From Oscillospiraceae bacterium (GTDB taxonomy: Bacteria > Bacillota > Clostridia > Oscillospirales > Ruminococcaceae), in NCBI GenBank assembly GCA_009777155.1, contig WRMK01000002.1, forward strand, positions 213-64,212: a stretch of 64,000 nucleotides of DNA. Reading direction: 5' to 3'. Made by a program: the position numbers and the translations under genes. Numbering within the stretch: position 1 is the stretch's first letter; the number at the start of each line of letters is the position of its first letter. Under the pieces are notes generated by a model, which worked only from the letters and a program-made list of their open reading frames with translations, was not told the DNA's origin and ran no database searches. Of the stretch, positions 42,741-53,034 are shown piece after piece.

Positions 42741-45700
42741 CCCCCCCAAAAACCTCCCCAAGCACCCAAAAATACCATCCCGCGCTCCCAGTATAAATAC
42801 TCCACCCCCCGCGCCCATAAGCGCGGCTGTTAGTATAAATATCCGCCGCCATATAATACGGCTCGGTCTTGTACTCCCCGCCCCTGCCGAAAGGCGCGAG
42901 AAGTCGCAGAAGCTCGGCGGCTTTTGCCTTATTACAAGCCTTATTATCGTTGGGACAATTTTCGCGGGAACTCCCAGCGGTTTTTGCTTTATAACAAGTC
43001 TTGTTGTCGTGAGGACAAGTTTCGCGAGAACTCTCGGCGGCTTTAAGATAAGCCATCGCCAACCAAACCGCCGCATGAGTATACTGCCCCCCATTCTCGC
43101 GAACCCCCTCGGGGTAACTCTCGACATACCCCGGCTCCTGCCACGACCTACCCCGCGCAAACGGCGGCGTGAACAGCTTTACCAACCTATTCCGCGTATC
43201 GCATAACTGCTCCTCCGCGCTCCTCAAAGCCGCGGATTTTCTGTGTTCATCGGGCATTTCGGCAAGCGTAGCGAACGCTTGCGGCAGTAGGTCAATTTTG
43301 CAACGGTCGTTTTTCGCCGCGCCCATTTCCTTGCCATTGTCGTAAAACGCCCGCAAATAATGCCCGCCGTCCCACGCCGAGGCGTCAATCGCCGCGGTAA
43401 TTTCGGCACTGCGCCGCTTCAAGTCCGCGCTGTACTCGGTATCGCCCATCATCATCGCAGTCTTGGCAAAATTCTTGCACAACATTACATAAAACATCGA
43501 CAGCCAAACGCTCTCGCCGCGCCCCTTCAAGCCGACATTGTTATACCCGTCGCACCAGTCCCCGCCGCCCATTAACAACAGCCCGTGCGAGCCCTTCGCG
43601 TACGCCTTGTCAATGGCGCGTTTGCAGTGCAAATACACGCTCTCTTTGAAGTCGGTAATGCCGACCTCGATATACTTTTCTTTCTCACCGTCAGCTAATA
43701 ACGGCCCGTCTGCGTAATGAATTTTGGTCTCAAGTATATCGTAATCTTTCGTGAAATCAACGTACTCCGCCGTCACAAACGGCAACCACAGCAAGTCGTC
43801 CGAATACCGCGTGCGAACGCCTTTGTTGTGCGTCTCCATATCGTGCCACCAGTGCAGAACGTCACCCTCAACAAACTGCGCCGTACACGCCCGCAAAATC
43901 TGCCGCTTGGCAATTTCCGGCCGCAAAAGCATTGCCGCAAGGCAGTCCTGCAACTGGTCTCGATAGCCGTACGCCCCGCTGTTCTGGTAGAAACCGGTCC
44001 GCGCCCACAGCCGCCCGCCAATCACCTGCCACGGCAACCAATAGCTGTACAGCGCGTTCAGCCGCTCATCGCCCGTATCAATAGGCACTGCCTCAATCAG
44101 CGGCGCAGAGCGTTTATTCCTCAACGCCTCTTTCATGGTCAGCGGCCTTTTGGTATTCTTTGTGAACGCCAAAATGAACCTAATCTTATCGGTGTGTTTC
44201 GGGGGCAACTCGATTTTAATTACCACTGCGCCGATTATATCATGCGCGGGATTTACCGACTTCTCCGCGTTCCAGTCACCCTCAAAAAACGCCTGCCTAC
44301 CCGTCATGAAACTGCAATCCGAATTATCGGAATACATCATCATCGCCCCCGAAAAGACACCGTTCGCAGGGTTCTTGAAAATCAAAGTATTGTCTTTAAC
44401 TTGCAGTGTAGGAATAATCAGCCGCGCATTTTCCCGAGTAACCCCCAAAACAGGCTCGACATAATAAGCCACCTCAAAGCATTTCGGCTTTTTACTGCGG
44501 TTTTCCAACTCCAAAACAATCTCCTTACCCATGCCCTTTTCAAAGACATTCACGGTGGTTTTTGCATGAAGATTTCCGACAATTCCATGATAAACTGCAC
44601 GGTTCGGCGCAAATGTCGCCCTGCTCCCGTCAATCAAGTCGTAAATAGCCCTGCCCTCGAATTTCAACAGCAACATCTCCCCCTTATTATCGGCGCGCAG
44701 GTCGTTGTTCCACGGGCTGAGTTTATTCTCGCGGCTGTTCAACGCCCACGAGAACCCTAAAGCTCTATCCGACAGCAAAGTCCCGAATCGGCTCGACGCC
44801 AAAATATTACACCACGGCAAATCGGGGCTGTTCTCGATAATAAATTTCTCGCCCTCGAATCGGTTTTCAAGCTTGCCGGATTCGGGTTTACCGCACGGCA
44901 GTATCGGCAGAAATTCACGCGATTTAACCTTAGCCTTACTCTTAGGCAACAGCTCGTCCGACCGCTGTGTGTAACAAGCGGCGGCACGAATTAAATTAAT
45001 CAGCGCGGGGTTAGTCGAAGTCCCGCATACCACGAAAATTTCCGTCCCGATTTCCTTTTGCAACGACCTTACTAAATTTATCTGCGCCTCATTCTCGCAC
45101 AACATTACAAGGTCAAATTCCACCCCGCAAAGCCACAACGCCTTTTTCATCTCGACAATAGCATCCGCGCCGCTCGCCGACACCACGCCGCCTTTTATAC
45201 CATCCTTAAACTCAAACAAGACAATCGGGTAATCGCCCGAAATGCCAAGCTCCCACAAGGCGTTCAACCCCAAGTTATTTTTCATGACCGCCTTTTTATT
45301 CTCGCTCTGAACAGCGGAAGTTTTCGCTACAGGCGCGTAGACTACAGCAGGCAAAATCCGCGCCGCAAACCTGCCATACATCGTCTCTCGGACGAGCGGC
45401 GAAATAATCTCCTCGCACGGCTTTTCGGCCTCACCACGCCGTATATCGGCGGCAAGCGCAAGCACTTCACGCTCACTTGCGCCGTAGCAAATCATCAAAT
45501 CAGTATCGCTTTTACCGTAAGCATCAAGCGGAAAATCGACCTTGATAAACACGCACGGACAAGGTACAGAAGTCGTATTAGTTTCAAGGGCGGCGGCTTT
45601 TTCAAGCGACGAAATAATCCCGCCGTTGCGGCTTATAACTTCCTCGCGATTGAAGCTGAAAGTAAATTCGCGCTTATCCCTAAAGCCGATTGCCATTACT

Positions 45701-48700
45701 GTTTCGGCATCACTCGTGCGCTCCTTGCGTTTGGCGATAATCAGGCAATTTTCTGCATCATAGTGCAGTTTCAAAAACAAATCCATGAACGCGGGGTGCG
45801 CCGCAATATCCCTGAACCGCGCCAACGCAGGTTCAAGGTAGACCGCCAAATTCAACTGCCGCTTTTTGTTACCGAGATTCTCGGCGGCAAAGCGGCGAAT
45901 CTCAACCGCCTTATCGCAGTGCAAATAAGTCTGCAACCCCAACCGCAAATTCCTGCAATTGAGATAATGCTCGGTGCTGTTCTGGAAGAAGACTGCGGAT
46001 TTTTCGACCTTGTCCGACTTATCGGATTTTTCGGGAGCAACTACACACGGGTGATTCAAAAACGGCATAATATTCTCGCCCTCAACAAACCCAAACAGCG
46101 TACCTCGCGGATTCAACAAGTCCACGGTTTTATAAAACCCGCTCTTTTTACCATACAGGCTCATGCTTAGTCCTATATTGCTCGTCAAGACTGTGAGCAA
46201 TCCGTTCGACAGCGGGTTTACCTGTATGTCGGCACAGGAAAATTCGGTGAACTCGGTGGAATTCATGCGGTAGGACTGTTCCTCTTGCCATTCGGGAGTT
46301 GCCAAAACAGGCTCACCCGCCATAATTTTTTCCTCAAGCAATTCCTCCGCACGTTTCATGTCGGGGTCGCTTAGGAAAAGCTTCTGCAACTTGCCGCCAT
46401 GCAACGCATTGCAGACCCCCGCCATCGACATACCGACGTGATGCGCCATATGGCTTTTCACCACCGCATACCCCGAACCGACCCTGTGCTTGGTGAAATC
46501 CGCCGCCTCATAAAAGCCGTATTTAGAGTGGCTCACGCCGAGCTTTTCAAGTTTCACCAAATTATTATAAGATGCAATCGGGTCAATTCCGAGCGACAAG
46601 AAACTCGAATAAGGCGAGATTACCCGCTCCTTGTTCAACCCGCCTTTCAAGCCCACGGTCTGGACACCGTGCGCCTTGTACTGGTAATTCAACGCCTCAT
46701 CAAACGCATAATACCCGCTCTCGGACATGCCGAACGGCAGGCCGGTCTCCCGCCCGCGTTTCTGCTGGCAATGCAGGGAAAACCGCAACGCCTCATACTC
46801 CATACTGCCCTCCTTTGAACCCAACAGCAACTCCGGCATATAGTACTCGAACATCGTCCCCGTCCACGCTACAGGCGCGGCGTACGACCCGCTCCTGCCC
46901 ATCACCCGCCCCAAACTCCGCCAATGCTTTTTGTCGGCCTGCCCCGTGGCGATTGCATAGTATGACAACATTCGCGCCTCGGACATAATCAGGTCGTAAC
47001 TATGCCGCGACAAGCTCTGACTATCAAGGTCAAAGCCGATACTGAACAGGTTCCGCGCCTTGTTGAAGAACGGCTTTAAGTTCGTTTCGGCGGCAATTTT
47101 TTCAATACGCGCTATCAATTCCTCGCTTGAATTACACTCGCGCAAGGCCTGTTTCACCGCGATTAAACAGCAGACAAAATTCCCGCTGTCAACCGAAGAC
47201 ACAAACGGCGAAATAACTTTCAACTCGTGAGTTTCATACCAATTCATCAAGTTTCCATGCCACTTTTCGAGCCGCTCAACAGTCCCCACAGTCTTTTCAA
47301 CCCGCGACACAAACTCGTCTTTAGTGATAAACCCAAACGTCCGCGCCGCCGCACACGAAAGCAGATACATGCCGATGTTAGTCGGCGAAGTCCGCGCCGA
47401 AACGCGGTATACAGGGCTGTACTGGACATTATCGGGCGGCAGAAAATTATGCTCGGCTGTGACATAATCGGTGTAAAACGCCCACATCTTCCGCGCATTT
47501 TGAAGCAATTCTGCACGCATAGCCTTTGTGAATTTGGGGGTAGTCTTGCCGCTCGTCCTGTCGATATACAGCGTAAGCGGCAAAAGGCACATGAATATTA
47601 CGCCGAGCAAAACCACAAGCATGTTCCCATTCACTAACGCCGCCATTAACAAAGCCGCCGAAACAATTTCTGCAAGCAAAATATGCGAAACTCCGCTTTT
47701 CAAACCCTCTAAGGACGAGGCGGTGTTCCAATCTAACAAGTGCTTTTTGGTAATCAGCATACGCCACAAAGTCCGCACAAGCGCGTCCGCGCTAATCAGC
47801 GCGTTTTTCACAGCGAACATGATTTCCATTAAACACTGGCGTAACAATTGCTTTGTCTGCGAGATTACAGGCGAGTAGAACCTGCGATAAAACGCGAAAC
47901 GCCGCCCGCGTATCACCGACGGAAAGAACCCCATTAAAAACGGCATGGTAATCGCGAGCAACCCGACTAAAGCAAGCAGGTCAAGTCGTGCGGGATTCGG
48001 CCGCACAGCTGCAATTGCAAAGCACAGGAAAATAAACAGCGGCGTAACCGCCCGCCTTACGTTGTCAAGCAGTTTCCAGCGGGTGAGCGGCGAGAAGTTT
48101 CTGCGGAAAATATAGCGGAAATTCTGCAAGTCCCCGCGAAGCCAACGGTGCTGGCGTTTGAAGTAGGCCGCCGAGGTATCGGGGAAGCTATCATTAAATT
48201 CAATATCCCCCGCATAAACCACCCCGAGGCAACCGCCCTCAAGTATATCGTGCGAAAGAATCCGCTCCTCCCTGAATCCACTGCACTTGTCAAGGAGCAT
48301 ATCCACGTTAATCAGCCCCTTACCGGTGAAAATCCCCTCACCAAAGCAATCCTGATACATCTCCCCCGAAAAGCAGTCGTAACTCGACGCCCCCGCACAG
48401 CCGCCGTTGCCCGCCATTGCCCGCGAGAACCCGGTTTTGAGGTAGCTGTCAAGAGTAGTGGTAATTCGGGGGGCGATTATGCCCTTGTGCTTATGGAGCG
48501 GGTGCAGGGCAATCCCGACAAGCTCCGAAACGCTGTCCATGAGCGGGACTGTGTCATAGTCGAGTGCCATTATATACGCAATATCATGCAAGGCCGAGCG
48601 GCTCCCGTAAACAGCGCGGAATCCGCATTTGCGTGCCTCGCTAACGCCGCCCCGAAGCAATTCAGCAAACGCCAAAATCGCCCCCCGCTTACGCTCGTGC

Positions 48701-49905
48701 CCCTGCCACGCGTTCTGAGTCTTGCAAAACTTCCGCTCCCTTATGAGTATTACAAAGTCGCCCGCCCCCGAAAACGTCTTCTCTGCAATTGCCAAAAGCC
48801 GCTCGTCATCGGGATTTTCAGCGTTATCGGCGGGTTTAAGGTCACATAGCAGGGCGAATTTTATGTTGTCTGAATTATTTTTAAGTCGTGCCTCCCGTAA
48901 TTTTCCAAACCCGCTGACAACGTCCTTTTCGGAGGCAATCAGGGTCGAGATTACGCAGATAGTCTTGGCGCGGGGGGGAACTTTGCCCTTGAGGGCAAGC
49001 CGCGGAATCAGCCCGTCGCGCTTGACGGATTTTATGGCAATATAATCCACAAGCGGCTTGAGTATAGCAAGGCAGGGTACGAACAACAACGCCGCCCAAG
49101 CCCAGCTCGAAACATCCGCGTAACACCACGCCAGTACCGCCGTAAGCAGGGCGGTAGGCAGAAACAACGCCGTCAAGTACGCCCGCACCCGCACAAACGG
49201 GAACACGCGGCGGTAGTCTTTCGCGATGATTTCACCTACATGCAGGTTCTCCGCCCTGCTCCGATTCATGTACTCGTTGGACAACCGCGCCTCATCAATC
49301 CCGGTCGCAATCGCAATCTCAGAGGTTTTGCGGCGATAATCGGCGCGGGTCTCCTCGGTCAATTTGGGATACAAAGTATCCGCCGAATACAACAGTTCCA
49401 CAGGGTTCAACGCCGCGCAAATCCGCTCAGGCTCTAAGTCGGTCAAGGCACTGAGTTTCTCCCCGAAGTTATCGCCATTTCCGACACCATTAATCGCATC
49501 GGAAATCACGCAGTACTTCGCCTGCCATATCAGGCTATCAATATCCATCGACGTCAGCGGCTTGACCGCCGCCAATCGCGACACCACATTCACAATCATC
49601 TCGGCGGAAATCTCCCGCATTGAGCCTACAACCCCGCCCAAGACGGGGGTTTTAACGCCGTTTGCAGAAAGGTACATATTTATATAAAAACCTTTGTGGG
49701 CGCGGATAAGCATGCCGAGTTCCTTCTCAAGCATGCGTTTCTCGCCCGGCAAAGGCGCGGCCTCGCGGGATTTATTCGCCGATTGCGCCGATTGCGCTAA
49801 TTTGCGCCGCAACTTCCTAAGCGGCGAGTACAACCCACTCACAGGCAGTACCTTCCACTGCATAGCGGCAATCTCGGTAATTTTTTCTGTGTTATCTTTT
49901 AACAA
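42733..49905 (-). CDS. cyclic beta-1,2-glucan synthase-like protein (GT84 + membrane region + GH94-like phosphorylase domain)
   Basis: 2390 aa; ALDYDTVP GT motif, multiple TM helices, C-terminal GGDWCDGYN...GGQYTHAAVW GH94-type motifs; TTG start behind AAGGAG. Confidence 0.8.
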   Translation of the reverse strand: MLKDNTEKITEIAAMQWKVLPVSGLYSPLRKLRRKLAQSAQSANKSREAAPLPGEKRMLEKELGMLIRAHKGFYINMYLSANGVKTPVLGGVVGSMREISAEMIVNVVSRLAAVKPLTSMDIDSLIWQAKYCVISDAINGVGNGDNFGEKLSALTDLEPERICAALNPVELLYSADTLYPKLTEETRADYRRKTSEIAIATGIDEARLSNEYMNRSRAENLHVGEIIAKDYRRVFPFVRVRAYLTALFLPTALLTAVLAWCYADVSSWAWAALLFVPCLAILKPLVDYIAIKSVKRDGLIPRLALKGKVPPRAKTICVISTLIASEKDVVSGFGKLREARLKNNSDNIKFALLCDLKPADNAENPDDERLLAIAEKTFSGAGDFVILIRERKFCKTQNAWQGHERKRGAILAFAELLRGGVSEARKCGFRAVYGSRSALHDIAYIMALDYDTVPLMDSVSELVGIALHPLHKHKGIIAPRITTTLDSYLKTGFSRAMAGNGGCAGASSYDCFSGEMYQDCFGEGIFTGKGLINVDMLLDKCSGFREERILSHDILEGGCLGVVYAGDIEFNDSFPDTSAAYFKRQHRWLRGDLQNFRYIFRRNFSPLTRWKLLDNVRRAVTPLFIFLCFAIAAVRPNPARLDLLALVGLLAITMPFLMGFFPSVIRGRRFAFYRRFYSPVISQTKQLLRQCLMEIMFAVKNALISADALVRTLWRMLITKKHLLDWNTASSLEGLKSGVSHILLAEIVSAALLMAALVNGNMLVVLLGVIFMCLLPLTLYIDRTSGKTTPKFTKAMRAELLQNARKMWAFYTDYVTAEHNFLPPDNVQYSPVYRVSARTSPTNIGMYLLSCAAARTFGFITKDEFVSRVEKTVGTVERLEKWHGNLMNWYETHELKVISPFVSSVDSGNFVCCLIAVKQALRECNSSEELIARIEKIAAETNLKPFFNKARNLFSIGFDLDSQSLSRHSYDLIMSEARMLSYYAIATGQADKKHWRSLGRVMGRSGSYAAPVAWTGTMFEYYMPELLLGSKEGSMEYEALRFSLHCQQKRGRETGLPFGMSESGYYAFDEALNYQYKAHGVQTVGLKGGLNKERVISPYSSFLSLGIDPIASYNNLVKLEKLGVSHSKYGFYEAADFTKHRVGSGYAVVKSHMAHHVGMSMAGVCNALHGGKLQKLFLSDPDMKRAEELLEEKIMAGEPVLATPEWQEEQSYRMNSTEFTEFSCADIQVNPLSNGLLTVLTSNIGLSMSLYGKKSGFYKTVDLLNPRGTLFGFVEGENIMPFLNHPCVVAPEKSDKSDKVEKSAVFFQNSTEHYLNCRNLRLGLQTYLHCDKAVEIRRFAAENLGNKKRQLNLAVYLEPALARFRDIAAHPAFMDLFLKLHYDAENCLIIAKRKERTSDAETVMAIGFRDKREFTFSFNREEVISRNGGIISSLEKAAALETNTTSVPCPCVFIKVDFPLDAYGKSDTDLMICYGASEREVLALAADIRRGEAEKPCEEIISPLVRETMYGRFAARILPAVVYAPVAKTSAVQSENKKAVMKNNLGLNALWELGISGDYPIVLFEFKDGIKGGVVSASGADAIVEMKKALWLCGVEFDLVMLCENEAQINLVRSLQKEIGTEIFVVCGTSTNPALINLIRAAACYTQRSDELLPKSKAKVKSREFLPILPCGKPESGKLENRFEGEKFIIENSPDLPWCNILASSRFGTLLSDRALGFSWALNSRENKLSPWNNDLRADNKGEMLLLKFEGRAIYDLIDGSRATFAPNRAVYHGIVGNLHAKTTVNVFEKGMGKEIVLELENRSKKPKCFEVAYYVEPVLGVTRENARLIIPTLQVKDNTLIFKNPANGVFSGAMMMYSDNSDCSFMTGRQAFFEGDWNAEKSVNPAHDIIGAVVIKIELPPKHTDKIRFILAFTKNTKRPLTMKEALRNKRSAPLIEAVPIDTGDERLNALYSYWLPWQVIGGRLWARTGFYQNSGAYGYRDQLQDCLAAMLLRPEIAKRQILRACTAQFVEGDVLHWWHDMETHNKGVRTRYSDDLLWLPFVTAEYVDFTKDYDILETKIHYADGPLLADGEKEKYIEVGITDFKESVYLHCKRAIDKAYAKGSHGLLLMGGGDWCDGYNNVGLKGRGESVWLSMFYVMLCKNFAKTAMMMGDTEYSADLKRRSAEITAAIDASAWDGGHYLRAFYDNGKEMGAAKNDRCKIDLLPQAFATLAEMPDEHRKSAALRSAEEQLCDTRNRLVKLFTPPFARGRSWQEPGYVESYPEGVRENGGQYTHAAVWLAMAYLKAAESSRETCPHDNKTCYKAKTAGSSRENCPNDNKACNKAKAAELLRLLAPFGRGGEYKTEPYYMAADIYTNSRAYGRGGWSIYTGSAGWYFWVLGEVFGGGE

Positions 49906-49940
49906 AGCAAGTCTCCTTGAGCAATATTATCTTATGAACC

Positions 49941-50275
49941 CACTACATACAGCAAAATTTTTGCAAATGTGAAGTGGCAGTCGGGGCAGAGGGGGGTAGT
50001 AGGGGTCTATGTCTGCGCCGCCGCTTTGAAACGCACGCCCGCCGCACAAACCGTTCAATCCCCGCAACATCGACAGCGAGTTTTCCCCTTGGCGACCTAT
50101 GGGTTCGCTATACATTAAAAGTCCGCCCCCATAAGGGGTTCTTCCATCTACAAAGTCTTTGGCACGAGAGAGTTAAGTTTTAGCAAGTGTAAACGCGGGT
50201 TCGTGCAGTTTCAAAGCGGCGGCGCAGACATAGACCCCTACTACCCCCCTCTGCCCCCCCCTCAAGTCCATGAAG
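49941..50275. mobile_element. long-arm hairpin element, copy B (outer flanks inverted relative to the core)
   Basis: See findings. Confidence 0.7.
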
Positions 50276-50350
50276 TCCCCTATATTAACTATATTCTACC
50301 CATTATTTGGATTTAATTTCAAAAAAATTAAAATTTTTTTCAATAAAGGG

Positions 50351-50379
50351 TTGAAATAGTGTTAAAAATGTTGTATAAT
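50351..50379 (+). promoter_or_regulatory. sigma-A-type promoter ahead of the 216-aa gene and the atp operon
   Basis: TTGAAA-17 nt-TATAAT. Confidence 0.6.
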
Positions 50380-50415
50380 AACCTTATGTGATTTATCGAA
50401 AGGACTAAAAAATTC

Positions 50416-51066
50416 ATGACCGGTAGTAAATCTGCACTCGTGGCGACTGTTGTGGTGTTTATTTTGGCTGTTGCGGCGGCCGTCTTTGCGTTTTGGTACA
50501 TCGGGGGGGACTCGCAGTCGGGCGGCGACATCGCGAGTATACCCGACGACGATGTTTTTGAACCCACGGCTGACGAGCGGGCCGAAATGACCGACGCCGC
50601 CGATAGGTTAATCAAAAATAATCACAGAGTGGTACAATTATTCCTCACCCAAGGCCTCCCCGCCCTGCCCGAACCCTACGGCAACCGCCCCGAAAACGAT
50701 ATTTATTATGTAGACAGCGACGAGTATTTAACCCTCAACGATATATCCACCTTGGTTTTCGATACCTTCTCGGGGGCAGAGGCCGAGCGGATTATGGACG
50801 GCACCACCAATTTCGGCAACCCGTTCTTCCGTGGCGCGGTCTATTACGATAAGGACGGCAGTCTCGGCATACACATGAACTTTCAACCGTATGAGGACTA
50901 CCCCGTCAACTGGACCAACCCCTCGTATCAGTTAAGCCCGGTGTCCGCAGATGAATGTCTGTTGACCCTCGAGTTGTCAATCGACAACCAACGGGCGACT
51001 TTCGTCCGTACTATGTCCAAGCGCGGCAACCACTGGGAGCTCGACCGCATTATCCTCAATGAATAA
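50416..51066 (+). CDS. membrane-anchored hypothetical protein (216 aa)
   Basis: N-terminal TM helix; overlaps the atpZ start by 8 nt. Confidence 0.6.
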   Translation: MTGSKSALVATVVVFILAVAAAVFAFWYIGGDSQSGGDIASIPDDDVFEPTADERAEMTDAADRLIKNNHRVVQLFLTQGLPALPEPYGNRPENDIYYVDSDEYLTLNDISTLVFDTFSGAEAERIMDGTTNFGNPFFRGAVYYDKDGSLGIHMNFQPYEDYPVNWTNPSYQLSPVSADECLLTLELSIDNQRATFVRTMSKRGNHWELDRIILNE

Positions 51067-51361
51067 ACGCGACAACCCGATGTCGGCGTACATTGTGGCA
51101 AGTCACATTGCATTCGTTGTGATTACGCCGCTCCTGCTGTTCATAGGCGGCGGGGCGTGGCTCTGCGACAAGTTGAGCCTGCCCGACTGGACTAAACTGC
51201 TGATGGTACTTGTCGGCGTGGCGGTGATGATATTGTCGCTGATTTCGTACTTGATGAGACTGATTAAGATGTACGACGGCGATTCAAAGGGTGTTGAAAA
51301 ACAAAAACCTGCCTTTAAGGGCGAGAGTGACTACTACTATGAAAACGATATCGAACCGTAG
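51059..51361 (+). CDS. atpZ: AtpZ/ATPase_gene1-like small membrane protein
   Basis: Two TM helices with a GGGAWLCDKLSLPDW motif; sits at the head of the atp operon. Confidence 0.6.
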   Translation: MNKRDNPMSAYIVASHIAFVVITPLLLFIGGGAWLCDKLSLPDWTKLLMVLVGVAVMILSLISYLMRLIKMYDGDSKGVEKQKPAFKGESDYYYENDIEP

Positions 51362-51761
51362 AGTTAAATCCGAAGCGGAAATAATCGCACTTGAAGAACT
51401 GAAACAGATGACCCCCTTCTTCCTGATTGCAAACGGCGCAGTGCTACTAATCAGCGGAATCCTCGGCTTATTTATAAAGGTAGACTGGGGCGTTTTCACG
51501 GGGTTGCTTATCGGCAACATAGCGGCGGCGGTAAACTTCTACCTAATCGGCTTCACCACAGGCCGCGCAATCAGGCGCAGGGACACAAAGCGGGCGCGGA
51601 GCTACTTCGCATTCAGCTACGGCATGCGTATGCTGGGGATTTTCGGAGTGTTTGCAGTATTGATTACGTTCGGGCTAATCAACCCGATAACGGCGATAGC
51701 CCCACTGCTCTACCCGAGTGTGTATTATAAGATTCGGGCGGTGTTTAATAAGTCGGTTTGA
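51339..51761 (+). CDS. atpI: ATP synthase protein I
   Basis: Four hydrophobic helices, position before atpB; start trimmed to ATG 51339. Confidence 0.6.
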   Translation: MKTISNRRVKSEAEIIALEELKQMTPFFLIANGAVLLISGILGLFIKVDWGVFTGLLIGNIAAAVNFYLIGFTTGRAIRRRDTKRARSYFAFSYGMRMLGIFGVFAVLITFGLINPITAIAPLLYPSVYYKIRAVFNKSV

Positions 51762-51791
51762 CAACATTTAACAATGTCCGTTTAATTTATA

Positions 51792-51882
51792 CGGGCGAAC
51801 GCAGTTCGCCCCTACATGGCGCAAGTCTACTGTGTTGTGTAAAATTCCTGAGCGTAGGGGCGGGATTTCCACGGTCCGCCCG
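51792..51882. repeat. REP-like hairpins
   Basis: cgggcgaacgcagttcgcccctaca; gtaggggcgggatttccacggtccgcccg. Confidence 0.8.
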
Positions 51883-51918
51883 CACCTCAAAGTCGCTCGA
51901 CCGTGAAAGGTATTAACC

Positions 51919-52680
51919 ATGAGAAAATTTACAACGATTATCACCCTCTGCCTCGTGCTGACCTTGGCGGCGTGTGGGTTTGAACCCACAGGCGTCGTTT
52001 CGGAGGGTGGCGAGACCCTGCCGCTCCCCGAACCTCGTGACGTCTCGGACGCTCCCGAAACTCCCGATGAACCCATTGAACCCGACGAACCCATTGAACC
52101 CAACGAACCCGATGAACCCACTGAACCCGCAACCACAGGTGCAGTCGCAATCGCAACATACGAGCGCGGTATCCTAACCGACACATCCTTTGAAAGCGAC
52201 TACCTCGGGCTTAGATTCACCCTGCCCCCCGGATTCGTAATGGCGACACCGGAGGAAATCCTCGACATGATGGATTTGGGCGCGGCCGCCTTCGATTTAG
52301 ACCAAGATATAGTGGATTACGCGGCACTCACAGCGACTTACGACATGGTGGCGTTCAGCCCCGCCGGCTTCCCGAACGTCATTGTCCTAACCGAGCTTAT
52401 GCCGATTAGCGACATAACGGTAGAGCAGTATTTTGACAACGTCAAGGTTATGTTTGCATCAACCGGCCCGGATTTCCGGTTTGGCGACTTAGGAACGATA
52501 GAAGTCGCAGGCGAGACCTACACAAAACTCCCCGCAAGCCTTGAAATGCTCGGCGAAACGGTTTTGCAGGATTATATCATGAGGAAACATGGCGACAGAA
52601 TGGTCGGATTCATACTTTCATACACAGACGAGACCGCAGACGAAGCCGAATTATTAATGGCGGCGTTTGAGAAATATTAA
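51919..52680 (+). CDS. lipoprotein with a PExP-rich linker, inserted between atpI and atpB
   Basis: Lipobox LTLAAC; (PDEPIE)n low-complexity linker. Confidence 0.7.
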   Translation: MRKFTTIITLCLVLTLAACGFEPTGVVSEGGETLPLPEPRDVSDAPETPDEPIEPDEPIEPNEPDEPTEPATTGAVAIATYERGILTDTSFESDYLGLRFTLPPGFVMATPEEILDMMDLGAAAFDLDQDIVDYAALTATYDMVAFSPAGFPNVIVLTELMPISDITVEQYFDNVKVMFASTGPDFRFGDLGTIEVAGETYTKLPASLEMLGETVLQDYIMRKHGDRMVGFILSYTDETADEAELLMAAFEKY

Positions 52681-52713
52681 CAATAGACGATTGCGAAACT
52701 CGCCGTTTAGAGG

Positions 52714-53034
52714 TCATGGACTTGAGTGGGGGCAGAGGGGGGTAGTAGGGGTACGGCGGCACAAGGAATTGCCGGCCCGCCACACAAACTCATCTAATTC
52801 CACTTCCTCGATTGCGACCTTACAAGTTCACGACTTGACAAGTTTCATCTATTTGAAAAGTCTGCACTCGCAAATAGGCTCGTGCTACGTGATAACGGTT
52901 CGGCTCGAGAAGGTTAAGCTCTATCAAGCGTAGAACGCGGGCGTGCGATTCCTTGTGCCGCCGTACCCCTACTACCCCCCTCTGCCCCGACTGCCACCTC
53001 ACATTTGCAAAAATTTTGCGGTATGTAGTGAGTT
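52714..53034. mobile_element. long-arm hairpin element, copy C
   Basis: Arms ggggcagaggggggtagtaggggtacggcggcacaagg / ccttgtgccgccgtacccctactacccccctctgcccc; core about 90% identical to copy A. Confidence 0.7.

Noticed and set aside
42598-49687. Numerous 60-347-aa plus-strand ORFs antisense to the 2390-aa gene, and similar antisense ORFs inside nifJ, floT, uxaC, GH43, the GH13-PurC gene and spoIIE
   Set aside because: These are typical shadow ORFs of GC-rich coding regions. The peptides are Arg/Pro/Ala-rich and low in complexity, and the sense-strand genes have clear family motifs.
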